A stretch of 64,000 nt of DNA from Macrostomum hystrix (GCA_950097015.1 CATNEN010000003.1:9238001-9302000); one strand, 5' to 3'; counted from the first letter of the stretch, positions 25,401-39,400 are shown. Numbers and translations are program-made. Notes: generated by a model not told the origin, from the sequence alone.

Positions 25401-28400
25401 CTTCTTTTTCCTGTCTTTCTGTTCTTCTATTTCCTGTCTTTCTGTTCTTCAATTTCCTGTCTTTCTATTCTTCTATTTCCTGTCTTTCTGTTCCTCTATT
25501 TCCTGTCTTTCTGTTCTTCAATTTCCTGTCTTTCTATTCCTCTATTTCCTGTCTTTCTATTCCTCTATTTCCTGTCTTTCTGTTCCTCAATTTTCTGTCT
25601 TTCTATTCTTCTATTTCCTGTCTTTCTGTTCTTCTATTTCCTGTCTTTCTATTCCTCTATTTCCTGTCTTTCTGTTCCTCTATTTCCTGTCTTTCTGTTC
25701 CTCTATTTCCTGTCTTTCTGTTCCTCTATTTCCTGTCTTTCTGTTCCTCTATTTCCTGTCTTTCTGTTCCTCTTTTTCCTGTCTTTCTGTTCTTCAATTT
25801 CCTGTCTTTCTGTTCCTCAATTTCCTGTCTTTCTATTCCTCTATTTCCTGTCTTTATGTTTCAACAGTTTCCTGTCTTTCTGTTCCTCTATTTCCTGTCT
25901 TTCTGTTCCTCTATTTCCTGTCTTTCTGTTCCTCTATTTCCTGTCTTTCTATTCCTCTATTTCCTGTCTTTCTATTCCTCTATTTCCTGTCTTTCTATTC
26001 CTCTATTTCCTGTCTTTTTGTTCCTCTATTTCCTGTCTTTCTGTTCCTTAATTTCCTGTCTTTCTGTTCCTCTATTTCCTGTCTTTCTGTTCCTCTATTT
26101 CCTGTCTTTCTGTTCCTCAATTTCCTGTCTTTCTATTCTTCTATTTCCCGTCATTCTGTTCTTCAATTTCCTGTCTTTCTATTCTTCTATTTCCTGTCTT
26201 TCTGTTCTTCTATTTCCTGTCTTTCTGTTCTTCTATTTCCTGTCTTTCTGTTCTTCAATTTCCTGTCTTTCTATTCCTCTATTTCCTGTCTTTCTGTTCC
26301 TCTTTTTCCTGTCTTTCTGTTCTTCAATTTCCTGTCTTTCTGTTCCTCAATTTCCTGTCTTTCTATTCCTCTATTTCCTGTCTTTCTGTTCCTCTATTTC
26401 CTGTCTTTCTGTTCCTCTATTTCCTGTCTTTCTGTTCTTCAATTTCCTGTCTTTCTGTTCCTCAATTTCCTGTCTTTCTATTCCTCTATTTCCTGTCTTT
26501 ATGTTTCAACAGTTTCCTGTCTTTTTGTTCCTCTATTTCCTGTCTTTCTGTTCCTTAATTTCCTGTCTTTCTGTTCCTCTATTTCCTGTCTTTCTGTTCC
26601 TCTATTTCCTGTCTTTCTGTTCCTCAATTTCCTGTCTTTCTATTCTTCTATTTCCCGTCTTTCTGTTCTTCAATTTCCTGTCTTTCTATTCTTCTTTTTC
26701 CTGTCTTTCTGTTCTTCTATTTCCTGTCTTTCTGTTCTTCAATTTCCTGTCTTTCTATTCTTCTATTTCCTGTCTTTCTGTTCCTCTATTTCCTGTCTTT
26801 CTGTTCTTCAATTTCCTGTCTTTCTATTCCTCTATTTCCTGTCTTTCTATTCCTCTATTTCCTGTCTTTCTGTTCCTCAATTTTCTGTCTTTCTATTCTT
26901 CTATTTCCTGTCTTTCTGTTCTTCTATTTCCTGTCTTTCTATTCTTCTTTTTCCTGTCTTTCTGTTCTTCTATTTCCTGTCTTTCTGTTCTTCAATTTCC
27001 TGTCTTTCTATTCTTCTATTTCCTGTCTTTCTGTTCCTCTATTTCCTGTCTTTCTGTTCTTCAATTTCCTGTCTTTCTATTCCTCTATTTCCTGTCTTTC
27101 TATTCCTCTATTTCCTGTCTTTCTGTTCCTCAATTTTCTGTCTTTCTATTCTTCTATTTCCTGTCTTTCTGTTCTTCTATTTCCTGTCTTTCTATTCCTC
27201 TATTTCCTGTCTTTCTGTTCCTCTATTTCCTGTCTTTCTGTTCCTCTATTTCCTGTCTTTCTGTTCCTCTATTTCCTGTCTTTCTGTTCCTCTATTTCCT
27301 GTCTTTCTGTTCCTCTTTTTCCTGTCTTTCTGTTCTTCAATTTCCTGTCTTTCTGTTCCTCAATTTCCTGTCTTTCTATTCCTCTATTTCCTGTCTTTAT
27401 GTTTCAACAGTTTCCTGTCTTTCTGTTCCTCTATTTCCTGTCTTTCTGTTCCTCTATTTCCTGTCTTTCTGTTCCTCTATTTCCTGTCTTTCTATTCCTC
27501 TATTTCCTGTCTTTCTATTCCTCTATTTCCTGTCTTTCTATTCCTCTATTTCCTGTCTTTTTGTTCCTCTATTTCCTGTCTTTCTGTTCCTTAATTTCCT
27601 GTCTTTCTGTTCCTCTATTTCCTGTCTTTCTGTTCCTCTATTTCCTGTCTTTCTGTTCCTCAATTTCCTGTCTTTCTATTCTTCTATTTCCCGTCATTCT
27701 GTTCTTCAATTTCCTGTCTTTCTATTCTTCTATTTCCTGTCTTTCTGTTCTTCTATTTCCTGTCTTTCTGTTCTTCTATTTCCTGTCTTTCTGTTCTTCA
27801 ATTTCCTGTCTTTCTATTCCTCTATTTCCTGTCTTTCTGTTCCTCTTTTTCCTGTCTTTCTGTTCTTCAATTTCCTGTCTTTCTGTTCCTCAATTTCCTG
27901 TCTTTCTATTCCTCTATTTCCTGTCTTTATGTTTCAACAGTTTCCTGTCTTTCTGTTCCTCTATTTCCTGTCTTTCTGTTCCTCTATTTCCTGTCTTTCT
28001 GTTCCTCTATTTCCTGTCTTTCTATTCCTCTATTTCCTGTCTTTCTATTCCTCTATTTCCTGTCTTTCTATTCCTCTATTTCCTGTCTTTTTGTTCCTCT
28101 ATTTCCTGTCTTTCTGTTCCTTAATTTCCTGTCTTTCTGTTCCTCTATTTCCTGTCTTTCTGTTCCTCTATTTCCTGTCTTTCTGTTCCTCAATTTCCTG
28201 TCTTTCTATTCTTCTATTTCCCGTCTTTCTGTTCTTCAATTTCCTGTCTTTCTATTCTTCTATTTCCTGTCTTTCTGTTCTTCTATTTCCTGTCTTTCTG
28301 TTCTTCTATTTCCTGTCTTTCTGTTCTTCAATTTCCTGTCTTTCTATTCCTCTATTTCCTGTCTTTCTATTCCTCTATTTCCTGTCTTTCTGTTCCTCAA

Positions 28401-31165
28401 TTTTCTGTCTTTCTATTCTTCTATTTCCTGTCTTTCTGTTCTTCTATTTCCTGTCTTTCTGTTCCTCTATTTCCTGTCTTTGTATTCCTCTATTTCCTGT
28501 CTTTCTGTTCCTCAATTTTCTGTCTTTCTATTCTTCTATTTCCCGTCTTTCTGTTCTTCAATTTCCTGTCTTTCTATTCTTCTATTTCCTGTCTTTCTGT
28601 TCTTCTATTTCCTGTCTTTCTGTTCTTCTATTTCCTGTCTTTCTGTTCTTCAATTTCCTGTCTTTCTATTCCTCTATTTCCTGTCTTTCTATTCCTCTAT
28701 TTCCTGTCTTTCTGTTCCTCAATTTTCTGTCTTTCTATTCTTCTATTTCCTGTCTTTCTGTTCTTCTATTTCCTGTCTTTCTGTTCCTCTATTTCCTGTC
28801 TTTGTATTCCTCTATTTCCTGTCTTTCTGTTCCTCAATTTTCTGTCTTTCTATTCTTCTATTTCCTGTCTTTCTGTTCCTCAATTTCCTATCTTTCTATT
28901 CCTCTATTTCCTGTCTTTCTATTCCTCTTTTTCCTGTCTTTTTGTTCCTCTATTTCCTGTCTTTCTATTCCTCTATTTCCTGTCTTTCTGTTCCTCTATT
29001 TCCTGTCTTTCTGTTCCTCTATTTCCCGTCTTTCTGTTCCTCTATTTCCTGTCTTTCTGTTCCTCTATTTCCTGTCTTTCTGTTCCTCTATTTCCTGTCT
29101 TTCTGTTCCTCTTTTTCCTGTCTTTCTGTTCTTCAATTTCCTGTCTTTCTGTTCCTCAATTTCCTGTCTTTCTATTCCTCTATTTCCTGTCTTTATGTTT
29201 CAACAGTTTCCTGTCTTTCTGTTCCTCTATTTCCTGTCTTTCTGTTCCTCTATTTCCTGTCTTTCTGTTCCTCTATTTCCTGTCTTTCTATTCCTCTATT
29301 TCCTGTCTTTCTATTCCTCTATTTCCTGTCTTTCTATTCCTCTATTTCCTGTCTTTTTGTTCCTCTATTTCCTGTCTTTCTGTTCCTTAATTTCCTGTCT
29401 TTCTGTTCCTCTATTTCCTGTCTTTCTGTTCCTCTATTTCCTGTCTTTCTGTTCCTCAATTTCCTGTCTTTCTATTCTTCTATTTCCCGTCTTTCTGTTC
29501 TTCAATTTCCTGTCTTTCTATTCTTCTTTTTCCTGTCTTTCTGTTCTTCTATTTCCTGTCTTTCTGTTCTTCAATTTCCTGTCTTTCTATTCTTCTATTT
29601 CCTGTCTTTCTGTTCCTCTATTTCCTGTCTTTCTGTTCTTCAATTTCCTGTCTTTCTATTCCTCTATTTCCTGTCTTTCTATTCCTCTATTTCCTGTCTT
29701 TCTGTTCCTCAATTTTCTGTCTTTCTATTCTTCTATTTCCTGTCTTTCTGTTCTTCTATTTCCTGTCTTTCTATTCCTCTATTTCCTGTCTTTCTGTTCC
29801 TCTATTTCCTGTCTTTCTGTTCCTCTATTTCCTGTCTTTCTGTTCCTCTATTTCCTGTCTTTCTGTTCCTCTATTTCCTGTCTTTCTGTTCCTCTTTTTC
29901 CTGTCTTTCTGTTCTTCAATTTCCTGTCTTTCTGTTCCTCAATTTCCTGTCTTTCTATTCCTCTATTTCCTGTCTTTATGTTTCAACAGTTTCCTGTCTT
30001 TCTGTTCCTCTATTTCCTGTCTTTCTGTTCCTCTATTTCCTGTCTTTCTGTTCCTCTATTTCCTGTCTTTCTATTCCTCTATTTCCTGTCTTTCTATTCC
30101 TCTATTTCCTGTCTTTCTATTCCTCTATTTCCTGTCTTTTTGTTCCTCTATTTCCTGTCTTTCTGTTCCTTAATTTCCTGTCTTTCTGTTCCTCTATTTC
30201 CTGTCTTTCTGTTCCTCTATTTCCTGTCTTTCTGTTCCTCAATTTCCTGTCTTTCTATTCTTCTATTTCCCGTCTTTCTGTTCTTCAATTTCCTGTCTTT
30301 CTATTCTTCTATTTCCTGTCTTTCTGTTCTTCTATTTCCTGTCTTTCTGTTCTTCTATTTCCTGTCTTTCTGTTCTTCAATTTCCTGTCTTTCTATTCCT
30401 CTATTTCCTGTCTTTCTGTTCCTCTTTTTCCTGTCTTTCTGTTCTTCAATTTCCTGTCTTTCTGTTCCTCAATTTCCTGTCTTTCTATTCCTCTATTTCC
30501 TGTCTTTATGTTTCAACAGTTTCCTGTCTTTCTGTTCCTCTATTTCCTGTCTTTCTGTTCCTCTATTTCCTGTCTTTCTGTTCCTCTATTTCCTGTCTTT
30601 CTATTCCTCTATTTCCTGTCTTTCTATTCCTCTATTTCCTGTCTTTCTATTCCTCTATTTCCTGTCTTTTTGTTCCTCTATTTCCTGTCTTTCTGTTCCT
30701 TAATTTCCTGTCTTTCTGTTCCTCTATTTCCTGTCTTTCTGTTCCTCTATTTCCTGTCTTTCTGTTCCTCAATTTCCTGTCTTTCTATTCTTCTATTTCC
30801 CGTCTTTCTGTTCTTCAATTTCCTGTCTTTCTATTCTTCTATTTCCTGTCTTTCTGTTCTTCTATTTCCTGTCTTTCTGTTCTTCTATTTCCTGTCTTTC
30901 TGTTCTTCAATTTCCTGTCTTTCTATTCCTCTATTTCCTGTCTTTCTATTCCTCTATTTCCTGTCTTTCTGTTCCTCAATTTTCTGTCTTTCTATTCTTC
31001 TATTTCCTGTCTTTATGTTTCATCTATTTCCTGTCTTTATGTTTCAACTGTTTCCTGTCTTTCTATTCCTCTATTTCCTGTCTTTCTGTTCCTCTATTTC
31101 CTGTCCTGTTCTTCTATTTCCTGTCCTTCTGTTCCTCTATTTCCTGTCTTTCTGTTCTTTTATTT
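22470..31165. repeat. 8.7-kb pyrimidine-rich satellite, 23-bp unit TTTCCTGTCTTTCTGTTCCTCTA, with higher-order structure
   Basis: Tandem units; variant units recur at fixed spacings; explains the 1708-aa and 1876-aa ORFs. Confidence 0.95.
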
Positions 31166-31725
31166 CCTCATGTTTTTTTCCTCACTTTTTCGTATGTCCA
31201 AGAAACTCAGAGTGCATTATCAGACAGTACAGTACAGTATCAGATGCCATATTCAGATCCTCGTGGCCTTCATGACCTTTTAACTTCTCTGATTATCACA
31301 ATGTTGATCTTCAGCATTGAAACATTATTAAATACATACAAAGTTGATTTGCTTTATTGAAACTATTTTAATTTTAAACAAAACTGCTTTCCAGGCAGAC
31401 TTTCAAAGCACTGGTTTAAATTAACAAATTGAATTATTTTTATCGCACGAAACAATCTAATAGATTCGAAGCTCAGCTAGATAACACAAATTGACTAAAG
31501 TGTCTTGGAGTGAAGCTTCTTTTGAGTTAGATTTGATTTGATAAAGACAGGTGAGTGTGAGCGAGTGTGTCCTAAGAAGTTTTCGGTGTCAAAATTGGTT
31601 GCTACGGTAACATAAAGCTTTACGGCTCTTATTTATTTATAAATTCTCCGTCAAGAGACACATAAACATTATACTGCTATTTCAATTTTTGATTTGTGTT
31701 GCAAGTCACAGACACTTAAAAAATA

Positions 31726-31774
31726 ATGAGGCACGTATCGGGTTTGGCCACAATTCTACTTCTGCTAATTGCAA
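31726..31774 (+). CDS. Amy: Alpha-amylase exon 1 (signal peptide MRHVSGLATILLLLIA)
   Basis: ATG plus hydrophobic leader; donor A|gtaagt, phase 1 fits exon 2. Confidence 0.75.
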
Positions 31775-32194
31775 GTAAGTTAGATTTTGCCCAATTTGTT
31801 TTTTCCGCTGATGGCTGATGTCGCCAGTGGCTTTATTAGGTCTAATTAAATCGAAATATAATAGATTCTAAAATCAAAGAATTTGCGATTGCAGTTCGAT
31901 AATCGATAATTATACTAACAAAATTTTTAGAATCAACGAATGTAGAAATCGTTTTGTTAGAATAGATCAATCTAAAAATCCCATTGTTAAAATTGCTCTA
32001 TCGAAAATACCATTCTCAAAATCAGTTTATCTAAAAATCCCATTCATAGAAAACATCCATCAATAAATCCCATTCTAAAAGTAGAAGAGTCGAAAAAATA
32101 TTCTTGGAATCAACGTACTACAAAAATAATTTTCAGAGACAATGAATAAAAAAACAAAAAACTCCAGTTGTTAAAGTCAACAAAAAAATCCTGT

Positions 32195-32655
32195 CTTAGA
32201 ATCAATGAGTCTAAAAATCTCATTCTTAGAATCAACGAGTCTAAAAATCCAATTCTAAGAATTAACCAGTCTAAAAATCCCATTCTTAGAATCAACGAGT
32301 CTAAAAATCTCATTCTTAGAATTAACGAGTCTAAAAATCCCATTCTTAGAATCAACGAGGCTAAAAATCCCATTCTTAGAATCAACGAGGCTAAAAATCC
32401 CATTCTTAGAATCAACGAGTCTAAAAATCCCATTCTTAGAATCAACGAGGCTAAAAATCCCATTCTTAGAATCAACGAGGCTAAAAATCCCATTCTTAGA
32501 ATCAAAGAGTCTAAAAATCCCATTCTTAGAATCAACGAGTGTAAAAATCCCATTCTTAGAATCAACGAGTCTAAAAATCCCATTCTTAGAATCAAAGAGT
32601 CTAAAAATCCCATTCTTAGAATAAACGAGTCTAAAAATCCCATTCTTAGAATCAA
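32195..32655. repeat. 30-bp minisatellite in amylase intron 1
   Basis: TCTAAAAATCCCATTCTTAGAATCAACGAG units. Confidence 0.9.
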
Positions 32656-32787
32656 TTAATCGAAAAATCGAGAGTTTTTTCCAAACCGTAAAAAACTCAA
32701 AAAAAAAACTCAAAAATATCTTCCTTTAATCCTCAGTCCTAGAGTACTATCAGATGTGAGCAAAAATTATTGTTTTAACTCTGTCAG

Positions 32788-33100
32788 CTAGCCAGCAGTC
32801 TCACGGCTACAAGGATCCCCAGTGCGGCCCCGGAAGGCAGGTGATAGTTCACTTATTCGAATGGCGCTGGGACGACATAGCGGACGAATGCGAGCGCTAC
32901 CTGGGGCCGAACAATTTCTGCGGTGTGCAAGTTTCGCCGCCAAACGAGCACCGAATTTTCGTGTCCACCGATCCGAACGATCCAACTATTCGGCCTTGGT
33001 GGGAGAGATATCAGCCGGTTAGTCACTACCTGGATAGCAGGTCCGGCTCGGCTGCTCAATTCGCTGACATGGTGGCCAGGTGCAATCAGCGAGGAGTTCG
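32788..33100 (+). CDS. Amy: Alpha-amylase (GH13, animal type) exon 2
   Basis: [18 protein letters not shown] and [11 protein letters not shown] motifs; CG|gtgagg donor. Confidence 0.95.
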
Positions 33101-33184
33101 GTGAGGGATTGGGAAATAATCTTTTTTTGAAAAGATTCTACGTATTTTCCGGGATTAGGAAGAATTTTTTGTGCATCAGTTAGA

Positions 33185-33900
33185 GGTTGAGTAGATTTGG
33201 GAAGAGCTTGAGTAGATGGGGGTTGGTTTCGATTAAGTAGGTTGGGAAGAGCTTGAGTAGATGGGGGTTGGTTTCGATTGAGTAGATTGGGAAGAGCTTG
33301 AGTAGATGGGGATTGGTTTCGATTGAGTAGATAGGAAAGAGTTTGAGTAGATTGGAAAGAGTTTGAGTAGATTGGAAAGAGTTTGAGTAGATTGGAAAGA
33401 GTTTGAGTAGATAGGAAAGAGTTTGAGTAGATAGGAAAGAGTTTGAGTAGATTGGGAAGCGTTTGAGTAGATTGGGAAGCGTTTGAGTAGATTGGGAAGA
33501 GTTTGAGTAGATAGGAAAGAGTTTGAGTAGATTGGAAAGAGTTTGAGTAGATTGGAAAGAGTTTAAGTAGATAGGAAAGAGTTTGAGTAGATAGGAAAGA
33601 GTTTGAGTAGATTGGGAAGCGTTTGAGTAGATTGGGAAGAGTTTGAGCAGATTAGGAAGAGTTTGAGTAGATTGTGAAGAGTTTGAGCAGATTAGGAAGA
33701 GTTTGAGTAGATTGGAAAAAGATTGAATACATTGTGAAGAGTTTGAGTAGTTTGGGAAGAGTTTGAGTAGATTTGGGAGAGTTAAAAATAGATAAGGATG
33801 AGTTTGAGCACACTTACAAGAGCCTGAGTAGATAGGGAGGAGTTTGAGTAGACTTGGAACTGTTTGAGTAAATTTCAATGCGTTTGAGTTGCTCTAGGAA
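33185..33900. repeat. 20-bp minisatellite GTTTGAGTAGATTGGAAAGA in amylase intron 2
   Basis: Tandem units visible. Confidence 0.9.
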
Positions 33901-34022
33901 GAGTTTGGCTTGATTCGGAAGGCTTTGAGAATACTTGGAATATTTTGAGTAGACTGAGAAGCTGCAAGAGCAGTTTGCATGCTAAATTGAGAAAATAAGT
34001 CGCAAAATAATGGTAAACACAG

Positions 34023-34212
34023 AATCTACGTGGACGCTGTCGTGAACCACATGGCGATGATCGGAGGCCACGGCCGAGGCAGCGGCGGCTCCTACTACAA
34101 TGCCGATCGCGAAGACTTCCCCGGCGTGCCGTTCGCGCCGAGGCATTTCAACGGGCGCGACGTTTGCCCGACTGACGATCTGACTATTCAGGACTATCGA
34201 GACGCGATTCAG
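34023..34212 (+). CDS. Amy: Alpha-amylase exon 3
   Basis: IYVDAVVNHM (conserved region I); phases consistent. Confidence 0.95.
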
Positions 34213-34388
34213 GTTGGGATTGGCTGAACTGGCTACTGACAGTAGAATTAGTAGAATTTGACAGTAGAATTGTAACTTGTACAAGCCGATATGTTTTGAA
34301 AAACTTACAATAAGTGGCTGTTGTTTGCTAAAGTTGGTAGCCTAAAAGACGACTGGAGTCATGTGAAGAGCTAGAATATTCTATTTCA

Positions 34389-34505
34389 AGCCATTTCACA
34401 GCTGGGTGAAGTGAAGCACTAGGGAATCAAGTGTTTCGCACTACAATTATGCAAGTTAAATTCTTTCACTAAGGCCGAGATTCGAACTACTGACCGCTCA
34501 GTCTG
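34389..34505 (-). mobile_element. Degenerate SINE family 2 fragment
   Basis: ccatttcacagctgggtgaa...aagtgtttcgc...gattcgaac; similar to 4700-4815. Confidence 0.45.
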
Positions 34506-34629
34506 AGGAGGTCGATAGAGAACTAGATTGATATCCTCCTTTTTCTACGCACAGTTGTATAACAGAAAAGCCTAATTAAAAAACCTGTCTAGATAAAAAG
34601 CAAATTCAAACGAGTGATCAGTTAATCAG

Positions 34630-34698
34630 TTAATCAATCATTAAATCAATCAATCAATCAATCAATCAACCAAGCAATAAACACATCAACCAACCAAC

Positions 34699-34735
<37 letters not shown>

Positions 34736-34845
34736 AATCAATCAACTCATAAACCAGCTTAACAACCAACCAACCAATCGATCAGTCAATCAACCTATCA
34801 ATCAATCTATCAATAAATCAATCAACCTATCAATTAATCAATAAA
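34630..34845. repeat. (CAAT/CAAC)n microsatellite in amylase intron 3
   Basis: Visible repeat running up to the splice acceptor. Confidence 0.85.
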
Positions 34846-34855
34846 CAAATTGCAG

Positions 34856-35358
34856 GTGCGCAACTGTCGCCTCCTCGGCCTCGTTGACCTTCGCACCGAC
34901 ACAGATTATATTCAGCGGTACATCGCCAAGTACTTCAACGAGCTGATCAGTTTGGGAGTTGCTGGCTTTCGCATCGACGCGGCCAAGCATATGTGGCCGA
35001 ATGACATCGCTGGCATTCTGAGTCGAACCAACAACCTCACCGCCTCCGTGTTCGGCCACGGCAAACGGCCTTTCGTCTATCAGGAGGTCATCGATCTGAA
35101 GGGCAACGGGGAGCCGATCAAGAACGCCGAGTACACCCCGATTGCCCGAGTCACCGAGTTCAACTACGGCCGCGAAGTTGGACGCGCGTTCGGCGGCGGC
35201 TTCGGCGGCGGCAGCGGCAACCTCAGCGCGTTGAACGGATTTCAGCCGGGCCAGCCGGATGTCTACCTGGTGAATTCTGGCGATGCTCTGGTCTTCATCG
35301 ACAATCACGACAATCAGCGGGGCCACGGTGGCGGCAGCAACGACATCCTCACCTTCAG
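34856..35358 (+). CDS. Amy: Alpha-amylase exon 4 (catalytic core)
   Basis: GFRIDAAKH (nucleophile Asp), YQEVID (acid/base Glu), FIDNHDNQRGHG (second Asp and Gly-rich loop). Confidence 0.97.
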
Positions 35359-35374
35359 GTTTGATGATTCAGGG

Positions 35375-36040
35375 ACGGTTTCGGGTTGGATTTCGGGTTG
35401 AATTTCGGGTGGTATTTCGTGTAGGATTTCGGGTATGATTTCGGGTTTGATTTCGGGTTGGATTTCGGGTTAGATTTCGCGTTGGATTTCGGGTAGGATT
35501 TCGTCTTCGATTTCGAGTAGGATTTCGGGTTGGATTTCCGTTACGAAGTCGGGTAGGATTTCGGGTTCGATTTCGAGTAGAATTTCGGGTTGAATTTCGG
35601 GTTAGATTTGGGGTTGGATTTCGGCTTGAATTTCGGGTTAGATTTCGGGTTGAATTTCGGGTTGGATTTCGGGTTGAATTTCGGGTTCGATTTCGGGTTA
35701 GATTTCGGGTTTGATTTCGGGTCGGATTTCGGGTCGGATTTCGGGTTAGATTTCGCGTTGGATTTCGGGTAGGATTTCGTCTTCGATTTCGAGTAGGATT
35801 TCGGGTTGGATTTCCGGTAGGATTTCGGGTTCGATTTCGATTAGGATTTCGGGTTGGATTTCCGTTACGAAGTCGGGTAGGATTTCGGGTTCGATTTCGA
35901 GTAGAATTTCGGGTTGAATTTCGGGTTAGATTTGGGGTTGGATTTCGGGTTGAATTTCGGGTTAGATTTCGGGTTGAATTTCGGGTTGGATTTCGGGTTG
36001 AATTTCGGGTTCGATTTCGGGTTAGATTTCGGGTTGGTTT
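35375..36040. repeat. 12-bp minisatellite GATTTCGGGTT(G/A/C) in amylase intron 4
   Basis: Tandem units with an internal ~324-bp duplication (ORFs at 35590 and 35914). Confidence 0.9.
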
Positions 36041-36148
36041 TCGTGTGTTATTTCCGTAGATTCGAGCTAATGAAAGGCCTGTGGTTCCGATTCTGTTAAG
36101 CTTCGCACAAATTCCAAAGCCGGTAAAAATCAGTCACAATTTCCCCAG

Positions 36149-36392
36149 ACGCCGAAATCTCTACGAGGCAGCCACAGCCTTCGAGCTGGTGAACAGCTAC
36201 GGCTGGCCTAGAATCATGAGCAGCTACGACTGGGAGCAGAACATTCAGAACGGCAGGGACATCAACGATTGGATGGGACCGCCGAGCGGGCTGGATGGGA
36301 CAACGGACCGGGTTCGAATCCGGCCTGACGGTCAGTGCGACGGGCGCTGGGTGTGCGAGCATCGATGGCCTGTCATCAGGCGGCTTGTCCAG
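36149..36392 (+). CDS. Amy: Alpha-amylase exon 5
   Basis: YGWPRIMSSY (chloride-site Arg) and WVCEHRW; CAG|gtaatg donor. Confidence 0.95.
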
Positions 36393-36414
36393 GTAATGCC
36401 GAGTCTCTGCCATC

Positions 36415-39400
36415 GCGATCCTCATTCAAGGAATCCGTATTCAAGGAATCCTCATTCCAGGAATCCTCATTCAAGGAATCCGTATTCAAGGAATCCTCAT
36501 TCAGGGAATCCTCATTCAAGGAATCCTCATTCAAGGAATCCGTATTCAAGGAATCCTCATTCAAGGAATCCTCATTCAAGGAATCCGTATTCAAGGAATC
36601 CTCATTCAGGGAATCCTCATTCAAGGAATCCTCATTCAAGGAATCCGTATTCAAGGAATCCTCATTCAAGGAATCCGTATTCAAGGAATCCTCATTCAAG
36701 GAATCCGTATTCAAGGAATCCTCATTCAAGGAATAATCATTCAAGGAATCCGTATTCAAGGAATCCTCATTCAGGGAATCCTCATTCAAGGAATCCTCAT
36801 TCAAGGAATCCTCATTCAAGGAATCCTCATTCAAGGAATCCTCATTCAAGGAATCCTCATTCAAGGAATCCTCATTCAAGGAATCCTCATTCAAGGAATC
36901 CTCATTCAGGGAATCCTCATTCAAGGAATCCTCATTCAAGGAATCCTAATTCAAGGAATCCTAATTCAAGGAATCCGTATTCAAGGAATCCTCATTCAAG
37001 GAATCATCATTCAAGGAATCCGTATTCAAGGAATCCTCATTCAAGGAATCCTCATTCAAGGAATCCTCATTCAGGGAATCCTCATTCAAGGAATCCTCAT
37101 TCAAGGAATTCTCATTCAAGGAATCCTCATTCAAGGAATCCTCATTCAAGGAATAATCATTCAAGGAATCCGTATTCAAGGAATCCTCATTCAGGGAATC
37201 CTCATTCAAGGAATCCTCATTCAAGGAATCCTCATTCAAGGAATCCTCATTCAAGGAATCCTCATTCAAGGAATCCTCATTCAAGGAATCCTCATTCAGG
37301 GAATCCTCATTCAAGGAATCCGTATTCAAGGAATCCTCATTCAGGGAATCCTCATTCAAGGAATCCTCATTCAAGGAATCCTCATTCAAGGAATCCTCAT
37401 TCAAGGAATCCTCATTCAAGGAATCCTCATTCAAGGAATCCTCATTCAGGGAATCCTCATTCAAGGAATCCGTATTCAAGGAATCCTCATTCAGGGAATC
37501 CTCATTCAAGGAATCCTCATTCAAGGAATCCTCATTCAAGGAATCCTCATTCAAGGAATCCTAATTCAAGGAATCCGTATTCAAGGAATCCTCATTCAAG
37601 GAATCCTCATTCAAGGAATCCGTATTCAAGGAATCCTCATTCAAGGAATCCTCATTCAGGGAATCCTCATTCAAGGAATCCTCATTCAAGGAATCCTCAT
37701 TCAAGGAATCCTCATTCAAGGAATCCTAATTCAAGGAATCCGTATTCAAGGAATCCTCATTCAAGGAATCCTCATTCAAGGAATCCGTATTCAAGGAATC
37801 CTCATTCAAGGAATCCTCATTCAAGGAATCCGTATTCAAGGAATCCTCATTCAAGGAATCCTCATTCAAGGAATCCTCATTCAAGGAATCCTCATTCAAG
37901 GAATCCTCATTCAAGGAATCCTCATTCAAGAAATCCTCATTCAAGGAATCCTCATTCAAGGAATCCTCATTCAAGGAATCCTCATTCAAGGAATCCTCAT
38001 TCAAGGAATCCTCATTCAAGAAATCCGTATTCAAGGAATCCTCATTCAAGGAATCCTCATTCAAGGAATCCGTATTCAAGGAATCCGTATTCAAGGAATC
38101 CTCATTCAAGGAATCCGTATTCAAGGAATCCTCATTCAAGGAATCCTCATTCAAGGAATCCGTATTCAAGGAATCCGTATTCAAGGAATCCTCATTCAAG
38201 GAATCCGTATTCAAGGAATCCGTATTCATGGAATCCTCATTCAAGGAATCCGTATTCAAGGAATCCTCATTCAGGGAATCCTCATTCAAGGAATCCGTAT
38301 TCAAGGAATCCTCATTCAAGGAATCCTCATTCAAGGAATCCTCATTCAAGGAATCCTCATTCAAGGAATCCGTATTCAAGGAATCCGTATTCAAGGAATC
38401 CTCATTCAAGGAATCCGTATTCAAGGAATCCGTATTCAAGGAATCCTCATTCAAGGAATCCGTATTCAAGGAATCCTCATTCAGGGAATCCTCATTCAAG
38501 GAATCCGTATTCAAGGAATCCTCATTCAAGGAATCCTCATTCAAGGAATCCTCATTCAAGGAATCCGTATTCAAGGAATCCGTATTCAAGGAATCCTCAT
38601 TCAAGGAATCCGTATTCAAGGAATCCTCATTCAAGGAATCCTCATTCAAGGAATCCTCATTCAAGGAATCCTCATTCAAGGAATCCTCATTCAAGGAATC
38701 CGTATTCAAGGAATCCTCATTCAAGGAATCCTCATTCAAGGAATCCTCATTCAAGGAATCCTCATTCAAGGAATCCGTATTCAAGGAATCCTCATTCAAG
38801 GAATCCTCATTCAGGGAATCCTCATTCAAGGAATCCTCATTCAAGGAATCCTCATTCAAGGAATCCTCATTCAAGGAATCCTCATTCAAGGAATCCTCAT
38901 TCAAGGAATCCTCATTCAAGGAATCCTCATTCAAGGAATCCGTATTCAAGGAATCCTCATTCAAGGAATCCTCATTCAAGGAATCCTCCTTCAAGGAATC
39001 CTCCTTCAAGGAATCCTCATTCAAGGAATCCTCATTCAAGGAATCCTCATTCAAGGAATCCTCATTCAAGAAATCCTCATTCAAGGAATCCTCATTCAAG
39101 GAATCCTCATTCAAGGAATCCTCATTCAAGGAATCCTCATTCAAGGAATCCTCATTCAAGGAATCCTCATTCAAGGAATCCTCATTCAAGGAATCCTCAT
39201 TCAAGGAATCCTCATTCAGGGAATCCTCATTCAAGGAATCCGTATTCAAGGAATCCTCATTCAGGGAATCCTCATTCAAGGAATCCTCATTCAAGGAATC
39301 CTCATTCAAGGAATCCTCATTCAAGGAATCCTCATTCAAGGAATCCGTATTCAAGGAATCCTCCTTCAAGGAATCCTCATTCAAGGAATCCTCATTCAAG

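Noticed and set aside
22468-31275. Very long ORFs (1708, 1876, 931 aa) of F/L/S/C-rich sequence
   Set aside because: Translations of a 23-bp pyrimidine-rich satellite that rarely contains stops; the same peptide appears in all three frames.
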